DNA from: Gemmatimonadaceae bacterium | Lineage (GTDB): Bacteria; Gemmatimonadota; Gemmatimonadetes; Gemmatimonadales; Gemmatimonadaceae | Reading direction: 5' to 3' | Assembly (NCBI GenBank): GCA_033763905.1 | Contig: JANRJP010000035.1 | Coordinates: 1-64,000, forward strand | DNA length: 64,000 nucleotides | In this document: positions 28,288-37,955 of the stretch, one piece after another | Numbering within the stretch: position 1 is the first letter of the stretch | Layout of the letters: each line of letters starts with the position of its first letter | Program-made: the position numbers and the translations under genes | The notes under the pieces: generated by a model | The model's database searches: none | What the model was told of the DNA's origin: nothing | What the model saw: only the letters and a program-made list of their open reading frames with translations

Positions 28288-29709
28288 GTGCCTCACGACT
28301 CGACCTCCCGCCGCGACTTCGTCCGATCGATCGGGCTGACCCTGGCCGCGACGACAGCGGCGTCCGCCGCGTTGGCCTGCCGCGATGCTGACGGGGGGCC
28401 GAGTGGCGAATCCGAGGCCCTGCTGGTCGACAATCCGCATCACCCGACGCCCGCGCCGGTGGGCGTCGATCGGCTGCCGCTGGCGTGGTACCAGTCCGCG
28501 TCGTTGCACTTGCGCGAAGCGGCGGCAGCCCGCGGGGCCGACGTCGTGGTGCTGCAGAGCGATCCGAATCTCGTGTACTTCACCGGCTGCTTTCGAGGGA
28601 GCGGTGAACGTACGACGTGGGCAGTGCTGCCCACCCGCGAGACGGACAGCGTGTACTGGTATTCGCCGTCCATCGATCGCGATCTCATCACCTCGTGGTG
28701 GTGCACCGAGAACACCGAGTACTTCTGCTATCCGCACGCCGAGGGCGGCTTCCCGCACCGCGGCCAGATCGCACGCGGCCGCCGGGTGGATCTGTGGGAA
28801 TGGATGCTCAGCGGGCTCAAGGCACGCGGCTTCGGCGAACGGACGATTGCCTTCGACCGGGAGCTGACGCCGTCCGCTCTCAAGACCGTGGCCCGCGTCC
28901 TTCCGCGGGCGAAAGTCCTCGATGTCAGTGATCTCTGTCTGAAGCAGCAGATCATCAAGACGCCGGAAGAGATCGCGCTAACGCAGCGCGCGTACCGCTA
29001 CTTCGACCGCATCCACGCCTTCGCCCGCGACTTCATTCTCGAGCACGGCACCGACACCACCGACTACGCGGTCGGGCAGGCACTGTCGTCATACGGGATC
29101 AACCTGATGATGCAGGATGTGCGGCGCGACGGTAAACCGCACAGCGCGGTGGGGATCGAGGTCACCGGGCACTACGTCCGCGCCGGCGTGGCGACGGCAT
29201 ACCCGCATCCCAACCAGTTCTTTCATTCGCGCCTCGCCAAGGGGCAGCCGGTGTACGTGAACTGCGACATCCTGCTCGGCGGCTTCGGTGGCGAGTGCTA
29301 TCGCAACTACATCCTGACGCCGAGCACCCCGCGGCACGATGCGATGTGGCAGGTGGTCGCCGACACCGTGCAAATGATCGTCGAGGAGACCAAGCCGGGG
29401 GCCGTGTGCTCGGAGATTGCCGAGAAGGTGCACCGGTATCAGATCAAGCAGGGGATGCAGGAGTGCATCTATCACCGGCCGGGACACGGGCAGGGACAGA
29501 ACTTCGTCGGCCATCAGGCGCCGTTCCTGGCCCTTGGCGATGACTCGGTCATCGAAGAAGGGATGACCTTCTCCGTCGAGCCGGGCCTCTACGACGCCAA
29601 GGCGGGAATCGGCATCAATCCCAGCGATCGGATGGTGGTGCTCAAGGATCGGGCGGTACTGATGAGTCGCATCCCGTTCTCGAAGTCGTGGAGCTATCTC
29701 GACGTATGA
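28288..29709 (+). CDS. M24 (pita-bread fold) peptidase/amidohydrolase-like protein, Tat-exported
   Basis: SRRDFVR Tat motif, IKTPEEI, HRPGHGQG, GMTFSVEPGLY. Some metal ligands are altered. Confidence 0.8.
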   Translation: MPHDSTSRRDFVRSIGLTLAATTAASAALACRDADGGPSGESEALLVDNPHHPTPAPVGVDRLPLAWYQSASLHLREAAAARGADVVVLQSDPNLVYFTGCFRGSGERTTWAVLPTRETDSVYWYSPSIDRDLITSWWCTENTEYFCYPHAEGGFPHRGQIARGRRVDLWEWMLSGLKARGFGERTIAFDRELTPSALKTVARVLPRAKVLDVSDLCLKQQIIKTPEEIALTQRAYRYFDRIHAFARDFILEHGTDTTDYAVGQALSSYGINLMMQDVRRDGKPHSAVGIEVTGHYVRAGVATAYPHPNQFFHSRLAKGQPVYVNCDILLGGFGGECYRNYILTPSTPRHDAMWQVVADTVQMIVEETKPGAVCSEIAEKVHRYQIKQGMQECIYHRPGHGQGQNFVGHQAPFLALGDDSVIEEGMTFSVEPGLYDAKAGIGINPSDRMVVLKDRAVLMSRIPFSKSWSYLDV

Positions 29710-30230
29710 GCCCGGACGTTTCCCCGCCGCGGGTGCGCGACGCGACCGAGGCGGACGCCGCCGCCATCGCCTCGATCTACAACCACTACGTCCTCCATAC
29801 GACGGTCACCTTCGAGGAGTCGCCGGTCGATGCCGCCGAGATGCAGACGCGCATCGCGGCCGTTCGTGCCGCTGGCCGCCCGTGGCTCGTGCTGGAAGAG
29901 GACGGGCGCCTGCTCGGCTACGCCTACGCCAGTCCGTGGAAGCCGCGGTCCGGCTACCGCTTCTCGGTCGAGGTGTCGGTGTATGTCGAACCTGCGGCGC
30001 ATCGGCGCGGTCGAGGGACGGCCCTCTATGATGCGCTCTTTCGTGTGCTCGAGGCCAGCGGGGTCCGCTCAGCGGTCGGTGGCATCGGGCTTCCCAACGA
30101 CGCCAGCATCCGACTGCACGAGAAGTTCGGGATGACCAAGGTCGCGCACTTCGCCCGCATCGGGACGAAGTTCGGCCAGTGGATCGATGTCGGCTACTGG
30201 CAACGGGTGTTCGAGCCCCTGCCAGGCTGA
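29706..30230 (+). CDS. GNAT N-acetyltransferase (YncA / phosphinothricin / ArsN1-like)
   Basis: IYNHYV.HTTVTFEE, GYAYA, VEVSVYV, RGRGTAL, PNDASIRLHEKFG, KFGQWIDV; ATGA overlap with the upstream gene. Confidence 0.88.
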   Translation: MSPDVSPPRVRDATEADAAAIASIYNHYVLHTTVTFEESPVDAAEMQTRIAAVRAAGRPWLVLEEDGRLLGYAYASPWKPRSGYRFSVEVSVYVEPAAHRRGRGTALYDALFRVLEASGVRSAVGGIGLPNDASIRLHEKFGMTKVAHFARIGTKFGQWIDVGYWQRVFEPLPG

Positions 30231-30233
30231 TCG

Positions 30234-30479
30234 CTACCGACTGGGGTCCCGCTCGACCTGAATCGTGAAGTCGGTGGCCAGCGCGGCCACGGTCCCGACG
30301 GCGACCCAGAAGGGGGCCAGCACCAGCCCCGCGAGACCGGCGGTCAGCGGAAAATCGAGCAGGACACGGCCGGCGCCGTTCTTGAGAATGATACGGCGGA
30401 TGTTCCCTTCGCGAAGCAGCTCCTTGAGCTTCGCCTTGAGGGCGGCACCTGACACCTTGATCTCTTCCATCGGGTCCAC
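30234..30479 (-). CDS. DUF4342 domain protein
   Basis: EEIKVSG..LK.KLKELLREGNIRRIILK...LDFPLTAG...TIQVER. Confidence 0.8.
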   Translation of the reverse strand: MDPMEEIKVSGAALKAKLKELLREGNIRRIILKNGAGRVLLDFPLTAGLAGLVLAPFWVAVGTVAALATDFTIQVERDPSR

Positions 30480-30536
30480 TCGCGCGCTGGGGACTCCGGA
30501 ATCTACGACGCGGCGCGAGGGAAGTTTCAGTCGGCG

Positions 30537-30974
30537 CTAGGCCGCCCGCGAGCGCTCCAGCTTGGCCAAGGCCAGAAGCAACTGATAGGCCTGATGGCCC
30601 ATCAGCGCTGCGGGCACCAGCCGCTCGGTGCCGAGCACTTCGCGCAAAATCTGCCGTCGTCCCTCGGTCAGCGCGTCATCGGCGCCGATGTGCTTCATCG
30701 ACCAGTCGCCGAATCGGCGCGCGCTGATCTGCGTGCAATCGAGGATTTCGGGCGTGTGATGGCGCCGATCCGCTGCGATCCGGAGGTAGAGCGCGTTCAC
30801 CGCGGCGCGCTCGCCTTCCAGGATCTGCAGAAAGTGGCCGTTCGTGAAGAGCAGCGCGCCAGTGATGTGCTGCGACGCGTTCGCGCGATCCGCGTGATCG
30901 AGGATGTCGCTGAGCACGTCGAAATCGACGTTCTCACGCGCGACGCTGGCGTAGATGAGTCGAATGAGAGGCAT
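30537..30974 (-). CDS. Stand-alone BLUF-domain blue-light photoreceptor
   Basis: RLIYAS (Tyr), N...ITGALL, FLQILEG (Gln), RIAADRRH, RRFGDWSM (Trp, Met), plus a short helical cap. Start moved to ATG 30974. Confidence 0.93.
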   Translation of the reverse strand: MPLIRLIYASVARENVDFDVLSDILDHADRANASQHITGALLFTNGHFLQILEGERAAVNALYLRIAADRRHHTPEILDCTQISARRFGDWSMKHIGADDALTEGRRQILREVLGTERLVPAALMGHQAYQLLLALAKLERSRAA

Positions 30975-30981
30975 ATCCGGA

Positions 30982-31008
30982 GCATCGGATGACGCGCCCA
31001 CCGATTGA
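30982..31008 (-). promoter_or_regulatory. Sigma28(FliA)-like promoter in front of the BLUF gene
   Basis: Minus strand TCAA-N15-TCCGATGC, ending 7 nt before the ATG. Consensus is TAAA-N15-GCCGATAA. Confidence 0.4.
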
Positions 31009-31180
31009 GGGGGCACCGACGTAGCGGTTTCCGCAACGACCGCGCGACGCCAACGCAATTCCGAATGGCTCACTCGTGCATCGGAACACTTAACGCACAA
31101 TGTCAAGCCGACGTGACGATAAGCAAACGTGACAGATGTGCCCGCAGTAAAACATGGACCGCGGTTCCACCAGGCGAGCA

Positions 31181-33760
31181 ATGGACGACCTGCTGCGAGA
31201 CTTTCTCACGGAAAGCGCCGAAAACTTGGCGAAGCTGGACAACGATTTGGTCGAGCTGGAACAGCGCCCGAACGAGTTGAGCCTGCTGAACAGCGTGTTC
31301 CGCACGATCCATACGATCAAGGGGACGTGCGGCTTCATCGGCCTTTCACGGCTGGAAGGCGTCGCCCACGCCGCCGAAAACGTGCTCGACGGGATGCGCG
31401 CCGGTCGGATTGCGGTCACATCGGATGTACTCGATGACGTGCTCGCCGCCGTCGACAGCATCAAGGCGATTCTCGCGCATGTGGAGCAGACGGAGCAGGA
31501 GCCGGAGGGGGACGACGCCGCACTCGTGACGCGCCTCGAACGTTGGCTCGACGGCTCACCGCACGCGGCGGCCGCGGTGCCTGCTGACGCAGCGCCCGTG
31601 GCGGCGCCGGAAACCGTAGAGCCGGTCGACCTCGTGCCGGTCGCCCCAGCGAACGCGATGCCCGCCGCGCCGACACCCGTCATGGACGAAGGGTCGGCTG
31701 AAGTCCGAGGGCCCTCGCTGGACAGCACGCTGCGGGTCAGCGTCGAACTGCTCGACCGACTGATGAACCTCGTTGGCGAGTTGGCGCTGGACCGCAATCA
31801 GCTGACGCAGCTGGCGGCAACCCGTGAGACGTCGGAGTTCGCCAAGCCGATCCAGCATCTCAACCGCGTCACGACTGACCTGCTTGAGGCGGTGCTCAAG
31901 ACGCGGATGCAACCCATCGGCAACGCGTGGACGAAGCTGCCGCGCCTCATCCGTGATCTGTCGCACGCGAGCGGCAAGCGGATCGATCTGGTGATGCAGG
32001 GCGCAGAGACGGAACTCGATCGGCAGGTCCTGCAGGCAATCCAGGACCCGCTGACCCATATGCTGCGCAACTCGGCCGATCACGGCATCGAGTCGACCGC
32101 GCGTCGGCGGGAGGCGGGCAAGTCCGAGACGGGCACCATCCGCTTGAGCGCCCGACACGAAGGCGGCCACGTGGTCGTCGACATCGCGGATGATGGCGCA
32201 GGCATCGCGGTGGATCGCGTGCGCCAGAAGGCGGTCGAGCGCGGATTGGTGCGCGCCGATGCCGCCGACGCGCTCTCGGACGCACAGATCCTGCGGTTCA
32301 TCTTCGAGCCCGGCTTCTCGACGGCCGAGAAGGTCACCAACGTCTCCGGGCGCGGCGTGGGGATGGACGTGGTCCGGTCGAACATCGAGGCCATCGGGGG
32401 CACCGTCGAACTCTCGACGGTCCTCGGCAAGGGCACGACGGTGCGCATCAAGATCCCGCTCACGCTCGCCATCATCTCGGCGCTGCTGGTGGGCGCTGCC
32501 GGCGAGACCTTCGCGGTGCCGCAGATCGGGGTCGTCGAACTCGTGCGCATCGCCGAGGAACACCGCGAGCTGATCGAAACGGTCCACGGCGCACGCTTCC
32601 TACGCCTGCGTGACCTGTTGCTGCCACTGGTCGACCTGTCGGCCCTGCTTCGACTACCCGAGGGCGATCCGCCGGCGAGCCGCAGCGTCGTGGTTTGTCA
32701 GGTGGGCGAGGCGCGCTTCGGGCTGGTCGTGGACGAGGTCTTCGATACGCAGGAGGTCGTGGTCAAGCCGGTGGGACGCCTGGTGAAGCATCTCACCGCG
32801 TACGCGGGCTGCACCATCACCGGCGACGGCCGTGTCATCATGATCCTCGACGCCGGGGGAATCGCTGCCTTGGCCGGTGTCACCGACCGCAAGGCCGGCG
32901 ACGAGTCCGCCACGCGCGCCGAAACGTCACGCGACGATTCGAACGCGGCGACCGAGAGCGTGCTGCTCTTCGATGCGGGAATGGGTGCGCTGCAAGCCGT
33001 GCCGCTCAGTCTGGTAGCGCGCTTGGAGGAGATCCCGGCGCGCGCACTCGAGCAGGCCGACGGCCGCACGCTCGTGCAGTACCGCGGAGCGCTCATTCCC
33101 GTGATTGGCGCGAACCCGGCTTGCGAAATGCACGCGATCGACCCGCGACCGGTCATCGTCTTCAGCGACCGCAACCGCACGATGGGTCTGGCGGTGGATG
33201 CGATTCGCGACATCGTCGACGTCCGGCTGACCATCGAACGCCGAGGGGACCGACCGGGCGTTCTCGGAGTGGCCGTCATTGCCGAGCGGGCGACCGAGGT
33301 GATCGATACCCACTGGTTCCTTCGGCAGGCCTACGGCGACTGGTTTGCGTCCAGCGAACACGGCGGGGCGGACGCGCAGGCGCCACGCGTCCTCCTCGTG
33401 GACGATTCCCGCTTCTTCTTGGGTCTGCTGGCGCCGATGTTGCGCGCCGCTGGCTACGCGGTCACCACCTCGCTTGATGGCAAGGACGCGATCGCACGGG
33501 TCGTCCGCGGGGAGACGTTCGACCTCGTCCTCAGTGATATCGATATGCAGGCGGTCGACGGCTTTGAACTGGCGCGCGCGCTCCGCGCGCAACCATCCAC
33601 CGCCCGCGTGCCACTCATCGCCCTCACCGCGCGGACCTCGGCCGAGGATCGCGCGAAGGGGCTCGCCGCGGGCTTCGATCGGTATCTCACGAAGCTGGAT
33701 CGTGATGCCGTCCTCACCACGATCCAGCAACTGCTCGCCTCGGATTCGGTGGCCGCCTGA
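31181..33760 (+). CDS. cheA: Hybrid chemotaxis kinase CheA (HPt-dimerisation-HATPase-CheW-CheW-REC)
   Basis: FRTIHTIKG, LTHMLRNSADHGIE, DDGAGI, GFSTA...SGRGVGMDVV, two CheW-like domains, C-terminal receiver (LVDDS...SDIDM...TK). Confidence 0.96.
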   Translation: MDDLLRDFLTESAENLAKLDNDLVELEQRPNELSLLNSVFRTIHTIKGTCGFIGLSRLEGVAHAAENVLDGMRAGRIAVTSDVLDDVLAAVDSIKAILAHVEQTEQEPEGDDAALVTRLERWLDGSPHAAAAVPADAAPVAAPETVEPVDLVPVAPANAMPAAPTPVMDEGSAEVRGPSLDSTLRVSVELLDRLMNLVGELALDRNQLTQLAATRETSEFAKPIQHLNRVTTDLLEAVLKTRMQPIGNAWTKLPRLIRDLSHASGKRIDLVMQGAETELDRQVLQAIQDPLTHMLRNSADHGIESTARRREAGKSETGTIRLSARHEGGHVVVDIADDGAGIAVDRVRQKAVERGLVRADAADALSDAQILRFIFEPGFSTAEKVTNVSGRGVGMDVVRSNIEAIGGTVELSTVLGKGTTVRIKIPLTLAIISALLVGAAGETFAVPQIGVVELVRIAEEHRELIETVHGARFLRLRDLLLPLVDLSALLRLPEGDPPASRSVVVCQVGEARFGLVVDEVFDTQEVVVKPVGRLVKHLTAYAGCTITGDGRVIMILDAGGIAALAGVTDRKAGDESATRAETSRDDSNAATESVLLFDAGMGALQAVPLSLVARLEEIPARALEQADGRTLVQYRGALIPVIGANPACEMHAIDPRPVIVFSDRNRTMGLAVDAIRDIVDVRLTIERRGDRPGVLGVAVIAERATEVIDTHWFLRQAYGDWFASSEHGGADAQAPRVLLVDDSRFFLGLLAPMLRAAGYAVTTSLDGKDAIARVVRGETFDLVLSDIDMQAVDGFELARALRAQPSTARVPLIALTARTSAEDRAKGLAAGFDRYLTKLDRDAVLTTIQQLLASDSVAA

Positions 33761-34233
33761 TGCACGCTCCCGTCGCTCGTCTCGACGCCGCGCCAGCGGC
33801 GACTGAATTCGTCACGTTCCGCCTCGCCGATCAGTGGCTCGGGATTCCGGTGCTGCTCGTGCAGGAGGTCCTGTCCTCACAGCGTCTGGCCAAGGTCCCG
33901 GTCGCGCCTGAGGCCGTCGCCGGATTTCTCAATCTCCGAGGGCAGATCGTCACCGCCCTCGACCTGCGGGTGACCCTGGAGCTTCCGCCGCGAAGCAGCG
34001 ACGCGTCGCAGATGAACGTCGTAGTGCAGCACGACGGCGAGCTCTTCGCCTTCATCGTCGACGATGTGGGCGACGTGGTCACGGTCGCGCCGACGGACGT
34101 GGAGCCACCGCCGACCACGCTCGATGCCCGCTGGCGTTCCGTGGCGCAGGGGATCATCCGTCGAGACGCCGGGCTACTGGTCGTGGTCCGTGTCGGCGCC
34201 TTGCTCGCAGTGGACCAGCCGGGTCCGGGGTAG
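33760..34233 (+). CDS. cheW: Chemotaxis coupling protein CheW
   Basis: FVTF.L, VQEVL, KVP.AP..VAGFLNLRGQIV, VDDVGDV. Confidence 0.93.
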   Translation: MHAPVARLDAAPAATEFVTFRLADQWLGIPVLLVQEVLSSQRLAKVPVAPEAVAGFLNLRGQIVTALDLRVTLELPPRSSDASQMNVVVQHDGELFAFIVDDVGDVVTVAPTDVEPPPTTLDARWRSVAQGIIRRDAGLLVVVRVGALLAVDQPGPG

Positions 34234-34368
34234 GTCGCGCCATCTCCCGCCGCGGCGGAGCCGGCTCGATACGCTCCGCTCCCTCGCACCAATGCCCAGT
34301 TCGTCGTTTGCTCTCGTTTCGCTCACCGCTGTCGTTCGATCTCATACCCCCTGAATCCGGACCTGATT

Positions 34369-36441
34369 ATGGCACCGCGCATCGCATCCAAGGTTGTTGG
34401 CTCGAAGAAGGCCAGTGGCACCACGCGTCGACCCGGCGCATCCAAGCCCCCGCGTGCAGCGGCTCGAAGCGCGACCCGCGCCGCGACGCGTGAACCCGCC
34501 ACCGCCGACTCGTTCGAGACACTCTTCGGCGAGTATGAGGCGCAGCTGCAGGCCATTCATCAAGTGATGGCCGTCGTCGAGTTCGACGTCGACGGAACGG
34601 TCCTCACCGCCAACGACCACTTCCTTCGGGCGCTGGGCTACACGCTGGCCGAGATCCAAGGGCGACCGCACAGCACCTTCTGCGATCCGGCCTGGGTCGC
34701 GAGTCCAGCCTACGCCGACTTCTGGGCTCGGCTCAAGCGCGGTGAAGCGGACGCAGGGGAGTACAAGCGCATCGGGAAGGGGGGGCGCGACGTCTGGATT
34801 CAGGCCTCGTACAACCCGATCCGCGGGGCGGACCATCGCGTCGTGAAGATCGTGAAGTTCGCGACGGACATCACCGCGCGGTCCGAAGCGCTCGCCAACT
34901 ATCAGGGACAGGTCGAGGCGATCTCCCGCTCGAACGCGGTCATCGAGTTCAACCTCGACGGCACCATTCTCACCGCCAACGACAACTTCCTGCAGACCGT
35001 GGGATACCAGCTCGGCGAGATCGCCGGCAAGCACCACTCGATGTTCTGCGACCCCTCGTACGTCCAAACGGCCGAGTATCGCGAGTTCTGGGCCAAGCTC
35101 AATCGCGGGGAGTTCCACAGCGGGGAGTACAAGCGCATCGGCAAGGGCGGCAAAGTCGTGTACATCCAGGCGTCCTACAATCCCATTTACGATCGCGACG
35201 GGCGGCTCGTGAAGGTGGTCAAGTACGCCTCGGATGCCACAGCGATGGTCCAGCTGCGGAAGGAGATGGCCCTGTACAAGCCGATGGTCGAGTCCGCGAA
35301 GGTGAACCTGATGCTCTGCGATCTCGACTTCAACATCCGCTACATCAATCCGGCGTCGCTCGCCACGCTGACGACGATCGAGCAGCATCTCCCAGTCAAG
35401 GCGAGCCAGGTGGTCGGCTCGAAGATCGACATTTTCCACAAGGATCCGGCGCATCAGCGGGCGATGCTGGCCACGGACAAGCATCTGCCGCACAACGCCA
35501 AGATTCGCGTGGGGCCAGAAACCCTCGACCTGACCGCGGTAGCGATCTACAACGCCGACGGCGAGTACGTCGGACCGATGGTGAACTGGTCGGTCATCAC
35601 GCCACAGGTGAAGATGGCGGATGAGTTCGAAGCGACGATTCTGACCATTGCGAATATGGTGGGCTCGTCGTCGACCGAGCTGGAAGCGAGCGCCCAAGGG
35701 ATGGCGGCCGCGTCGGAAGAGACGTCCCGGCAGTCGCAGGCCGTCGCGGCGGCGTCCGAGCAGGCCACGCGCAACGTGCAGACCGTCGCGAGTTCCGCTG
35801 AAGAGCTGACGGCGAGCATCCGGGAGATCGCCGGCCGCGTCCAGGAGGCATCCCAGATCTCGCAGGCGGCTGTCCGTCAGGCGAGTGCGACGTCCGAGAC
35901 GATGGCGCGCCTCGGGGTCTCGAGTCAGGAGATCGGCCAGGTCGTCAAGGTCATCACGTCCATCGCGCAGCAGACGAATCTGCTCGCGCTGAACGCAACG
36001 ATCGAAGCGGCGCGGGCGGGTGAAGCCGGCAAGGGCTTCGCCGTCGTGGCGAACGAAGTCAAGGAACTCGCACGGCAGACGGCAAAGGCAACCGAGGAAA
36101 TCGGGAGCAAGATCGCCGGCGTCCAAGCGGAGACGGCGTCTGCGGTGGGTGCCATCAAGGAGATCGCGGGCGTCATCAACAAGATCAATGAGATCTCCAC
36201 GACGATCGCCGGGTCGGTCGAGGAGCAGAACGCCGCCACGAGCGAGATCTCGCGCAATGTCGGCGAGGCAGCGCAGGGCACCGCGGACGTGAGTGCCAGC
36301 ATCACGATGGTCAATCAGGTGGCCGCCGAAGGTGGGCAGACCGCCGAGAGCGTCAAGGTGGCTGCGGGGCAGCTGTCGGTGGAGGCGGAGCGACTCAACC
36401 GCGCCGTCAGCGACTTCCTGACCAAGCTCCGCAAGGTGTAA
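34369..36441 (+). CDS. Soluble MCP with three PAS domains (two BdlA/NifL-like and one Aer2-like heme PAS)
   Basis: No TM segment. Two repeats of AVIEF..DGT.LTAN..FL...GY...EI.G..HS.FCDP...FW..L..GE...GEYKR.GKGG..V.IQASYNPI. Third PAS contains IDIFHKDPAHQR. MCP core IAQQTNLLALNATIEAARAGEAGKGFAVVA. Confidence 0.93.
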   Translation: MAPRIASKVVGSKKASGTTRRPGASKPPRAAARSATRAATREPATADSFETLFGEYEAQLQAIHQVMAVVEFDVDGTVLTANDHFLRALGYTLAEIQGRPHSTFCDPAWVASPAYADFWARLKRGEADAGEYKRIGKGGRDVWIQASYNPIRGADHRVVKIVKFATDITARSEALANYQGQVEAISRSNAVIEFNLDGTILTANDNFLQTVGYQLGEIAGKHHSMFCDPSYVQTAEYREFWAKLNRGEFHSGEYKRIGKGGKVVYIQASYNPIYDRDGRLVKVVKYASDATAMVQLRKEMALYKPMVESAKVNLMLCDLDFNIRYINPASLATLTTIEQHLPVKASQVVGSKIDIFHKDPAHQRAMLATDKHLPHNAKIRVGPETLDLTAVAIYNADGEYVGPMVNWSVITPQVKMADEFEATILTIANMVGSSSTELEASAQGMAAASEETSRQSQAVAAASEQATRNVQTVASSAEELTASIREIAGRVQEASQISQAAVRQASATSETMARLGVSSQEIGQVVKVITSIAQQTNLLALNATIEAARAGEAGKGFAVVANEVKELARQTAKATEEIGSKIAGVQAETASAVGAIKEIAGVINKINEISTTIAGSVEEQNAATSEISRNVGEAAQGTADVSASITMVNQVAAEGGQTAESVKVAAGQLSVEAERLNRAVSDFLTKLRKV

Positions 36442-36483
36442 GGGCTCGGCGGCAGCATCACGACGAATCGCTCGGAGGCGAGT

Positions 36484-36855
36484 GTGAAGCACATTCTGGT
36501 AATCGACGACTCGGTCGCAATTCGCAAGGCGATCCGGCGTATCCTCGAGGGGATGGGGTACGCCGTGTCGGAGGCGGAGGACGGCGCACGCGGGCTGCAG
36601 GCGCTCGAAGCACAGGCCGGTACGTTTCAGGCGGTGCTGTGCGACATCGATATGCCCGTGCTCGACGGCATCGGTTTTCTTCACGCCGTGGGGGAGCGAC
36701 CGGCCCTCGCACCGCCGCCGATCATCATGTGCACGACGCATACGGCGTTCGAGCGCATCCAGACGGCGCTGTCGTCCGGGGCTACGGAATACATCATGAA
36801 GCCCTTCGACGCGGCGATCATCGGGTCGAAGCTCGAAGCCTGCGGTGTGCAATGA
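36484..36855 (+). CDS. cheY: Chemotaxis response regulator CheY
   Basis: VIDDS, CDIDMP.LDG, MCTT, EYIMKPFD; GGAGG RBS. Confidence 0.88.
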   Translation: MKHILVIDDSVAIRKAIRRILEGMGYAVSEAEDGARGLQALEAQAGTFQAVLCDIDMPVLDGIGFLHAVGERPALAPPPIIMCTTHTAFERIQTALSSGATEYIMKPFDAAIIGSKLEACGVQ

Positions 36856-37955
36856 CCAAGGCGGCGGACGCGATCCGAGTCCTGCTGGTGGACGATAGCG
36901 CGGTTGTCCGGGGCGCTATCGGCCGCATCGTCGATGCGGCACCGGATCTGACCGTGGTCACGACGGCGCCGAATGGGCAGGTGGCCCTCGACGCGCTGAA
37001 ACACGTCGCCGTCGACGTGGTGGTGCTCGACATCGAAATGCCGGTGATGGATGGCTTGACCGCGCTCCCGCTGATCGTGGCGCGGCATCCGGCGACGCGC
37101 GTGGTCATTGCAAGCAGCCTGACGCAACGCGGCGCGGAAGTGACGATGCAGGCCCTCGCCCTCGGCGCGGCCGACTACATCGCCAAGCCGGCGGCTCGAT
37201 CCGGCGCGGGGGCGCTGCAGTCACTGGCGGTCGAGATTGCGTCGAAGATTCGTGCCATCGGTCGTGCCGCGCGCGCGCGGGCCACGCCTCGCCCGCCGAC
37301 GACTGCGCCCGTCACGACGGCGTCCGCTCCGCGTCCACCTCGCGAGTTGCTCGCCGCGTCGAGTGAGGAGTCGGTTCCGCGGATGCTGGCCATCGCGGCC
37401 AGTACCGGTGGGCCGAACGCGCTGGCCGAGGTGCTGTCCGGGCTACCGGCGGACTTCCCACTGCCGATCCTGATCACTCAGCATATGCCGCCACTGTTCA
37501 CCTCCTTGCTGGCGCAGCGTCTCGAGCGCGATGCCGGGAGACCCTGTCACGAGGCACGCGACGGGGAGCCCGTGTTGGCGGGGCACGCGTACGTCGCGCC
37601 GGGGAACTTCCATATGCTGGTCCTCAGCCAGGAACGCCAACCGTTCATCCGTCTGCAGCAGACGCCGCCGGAGCACTTCTGCCGTCCCGCTGCCGACCCG
37701 ATGCTGCGGTCGGTGGCGGCGCTGTACGGGCCGTCCACGCTGGCGGTGGTGCTGACGGGAATGGGGGAAGACGGTCGCCTCGGTTGTCAGGAGGTGCGGG
37801 CCCGTGGCGGGCAGGTGCTGGTGCAGGATGAAGCCTCGTCGGTGGTGTGGGGTATGCCCGGCGCGGTGGCCAACGCCGGCTTGGCGCACAGCGTGTTGCC
37901 GGTGCAGGCGATAGCGGGAGCCATTCTCTCACGTTGCGGAGCGACCGTCGGATGA
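36852..37955 (+). CDS. cheB: Chemotaxis methylesterase CheB (REC plus methylesterase)
   Basis: LDIEMPVMDG, ASTGGP, QHMP, LTGMGEDG, SSVVWGMP. Confidence 0.96.
   Translation: MTKAADAIRVLLVDDSAVVRGAIGRIVDAAPDLTVVTTAPNGQVALDALKHVAVDVVVLDIEMPVMDGLTALPLIVARHPATRVVIASSLTQRGAEVTMQALALGAADYIAKPAARSGAGALQSLAVEIASKIRAIGRAARARATPRPPTTAPVTTASAPRPPRELLAASSEESVPRMLAIAASTGGPNALAEVLSGLPADFPLPILITQHMPPLFTSLLAQRLERDAGRPCHEARDGEPVLAGHAYVAPGNFHMLVLSQERQPFIRLQQTPPEHFCRPAADPMLRSVAALYGPSTLAVVLTGMGEDGRLGCQEVRARGGQVLVQDEASSVVWGMPGAVANAGLAHSVLPVQAIAGAILSRCGATVG

Noticed and set aside
29706..30230. Arsinothricin/phosphinothricin resistance determinant
   Set aside because: Family resemblance only. There is no ars operon context and substrate cannot be assigned from motifs.
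31101..31118. PpsR/CrtJ-like site TGTC-N10-GACG between the BLUF gene and cheA
   Set aside because: Mismatch in the conserved ACA half-site and no second site nearby. None was seen upstream of por either.
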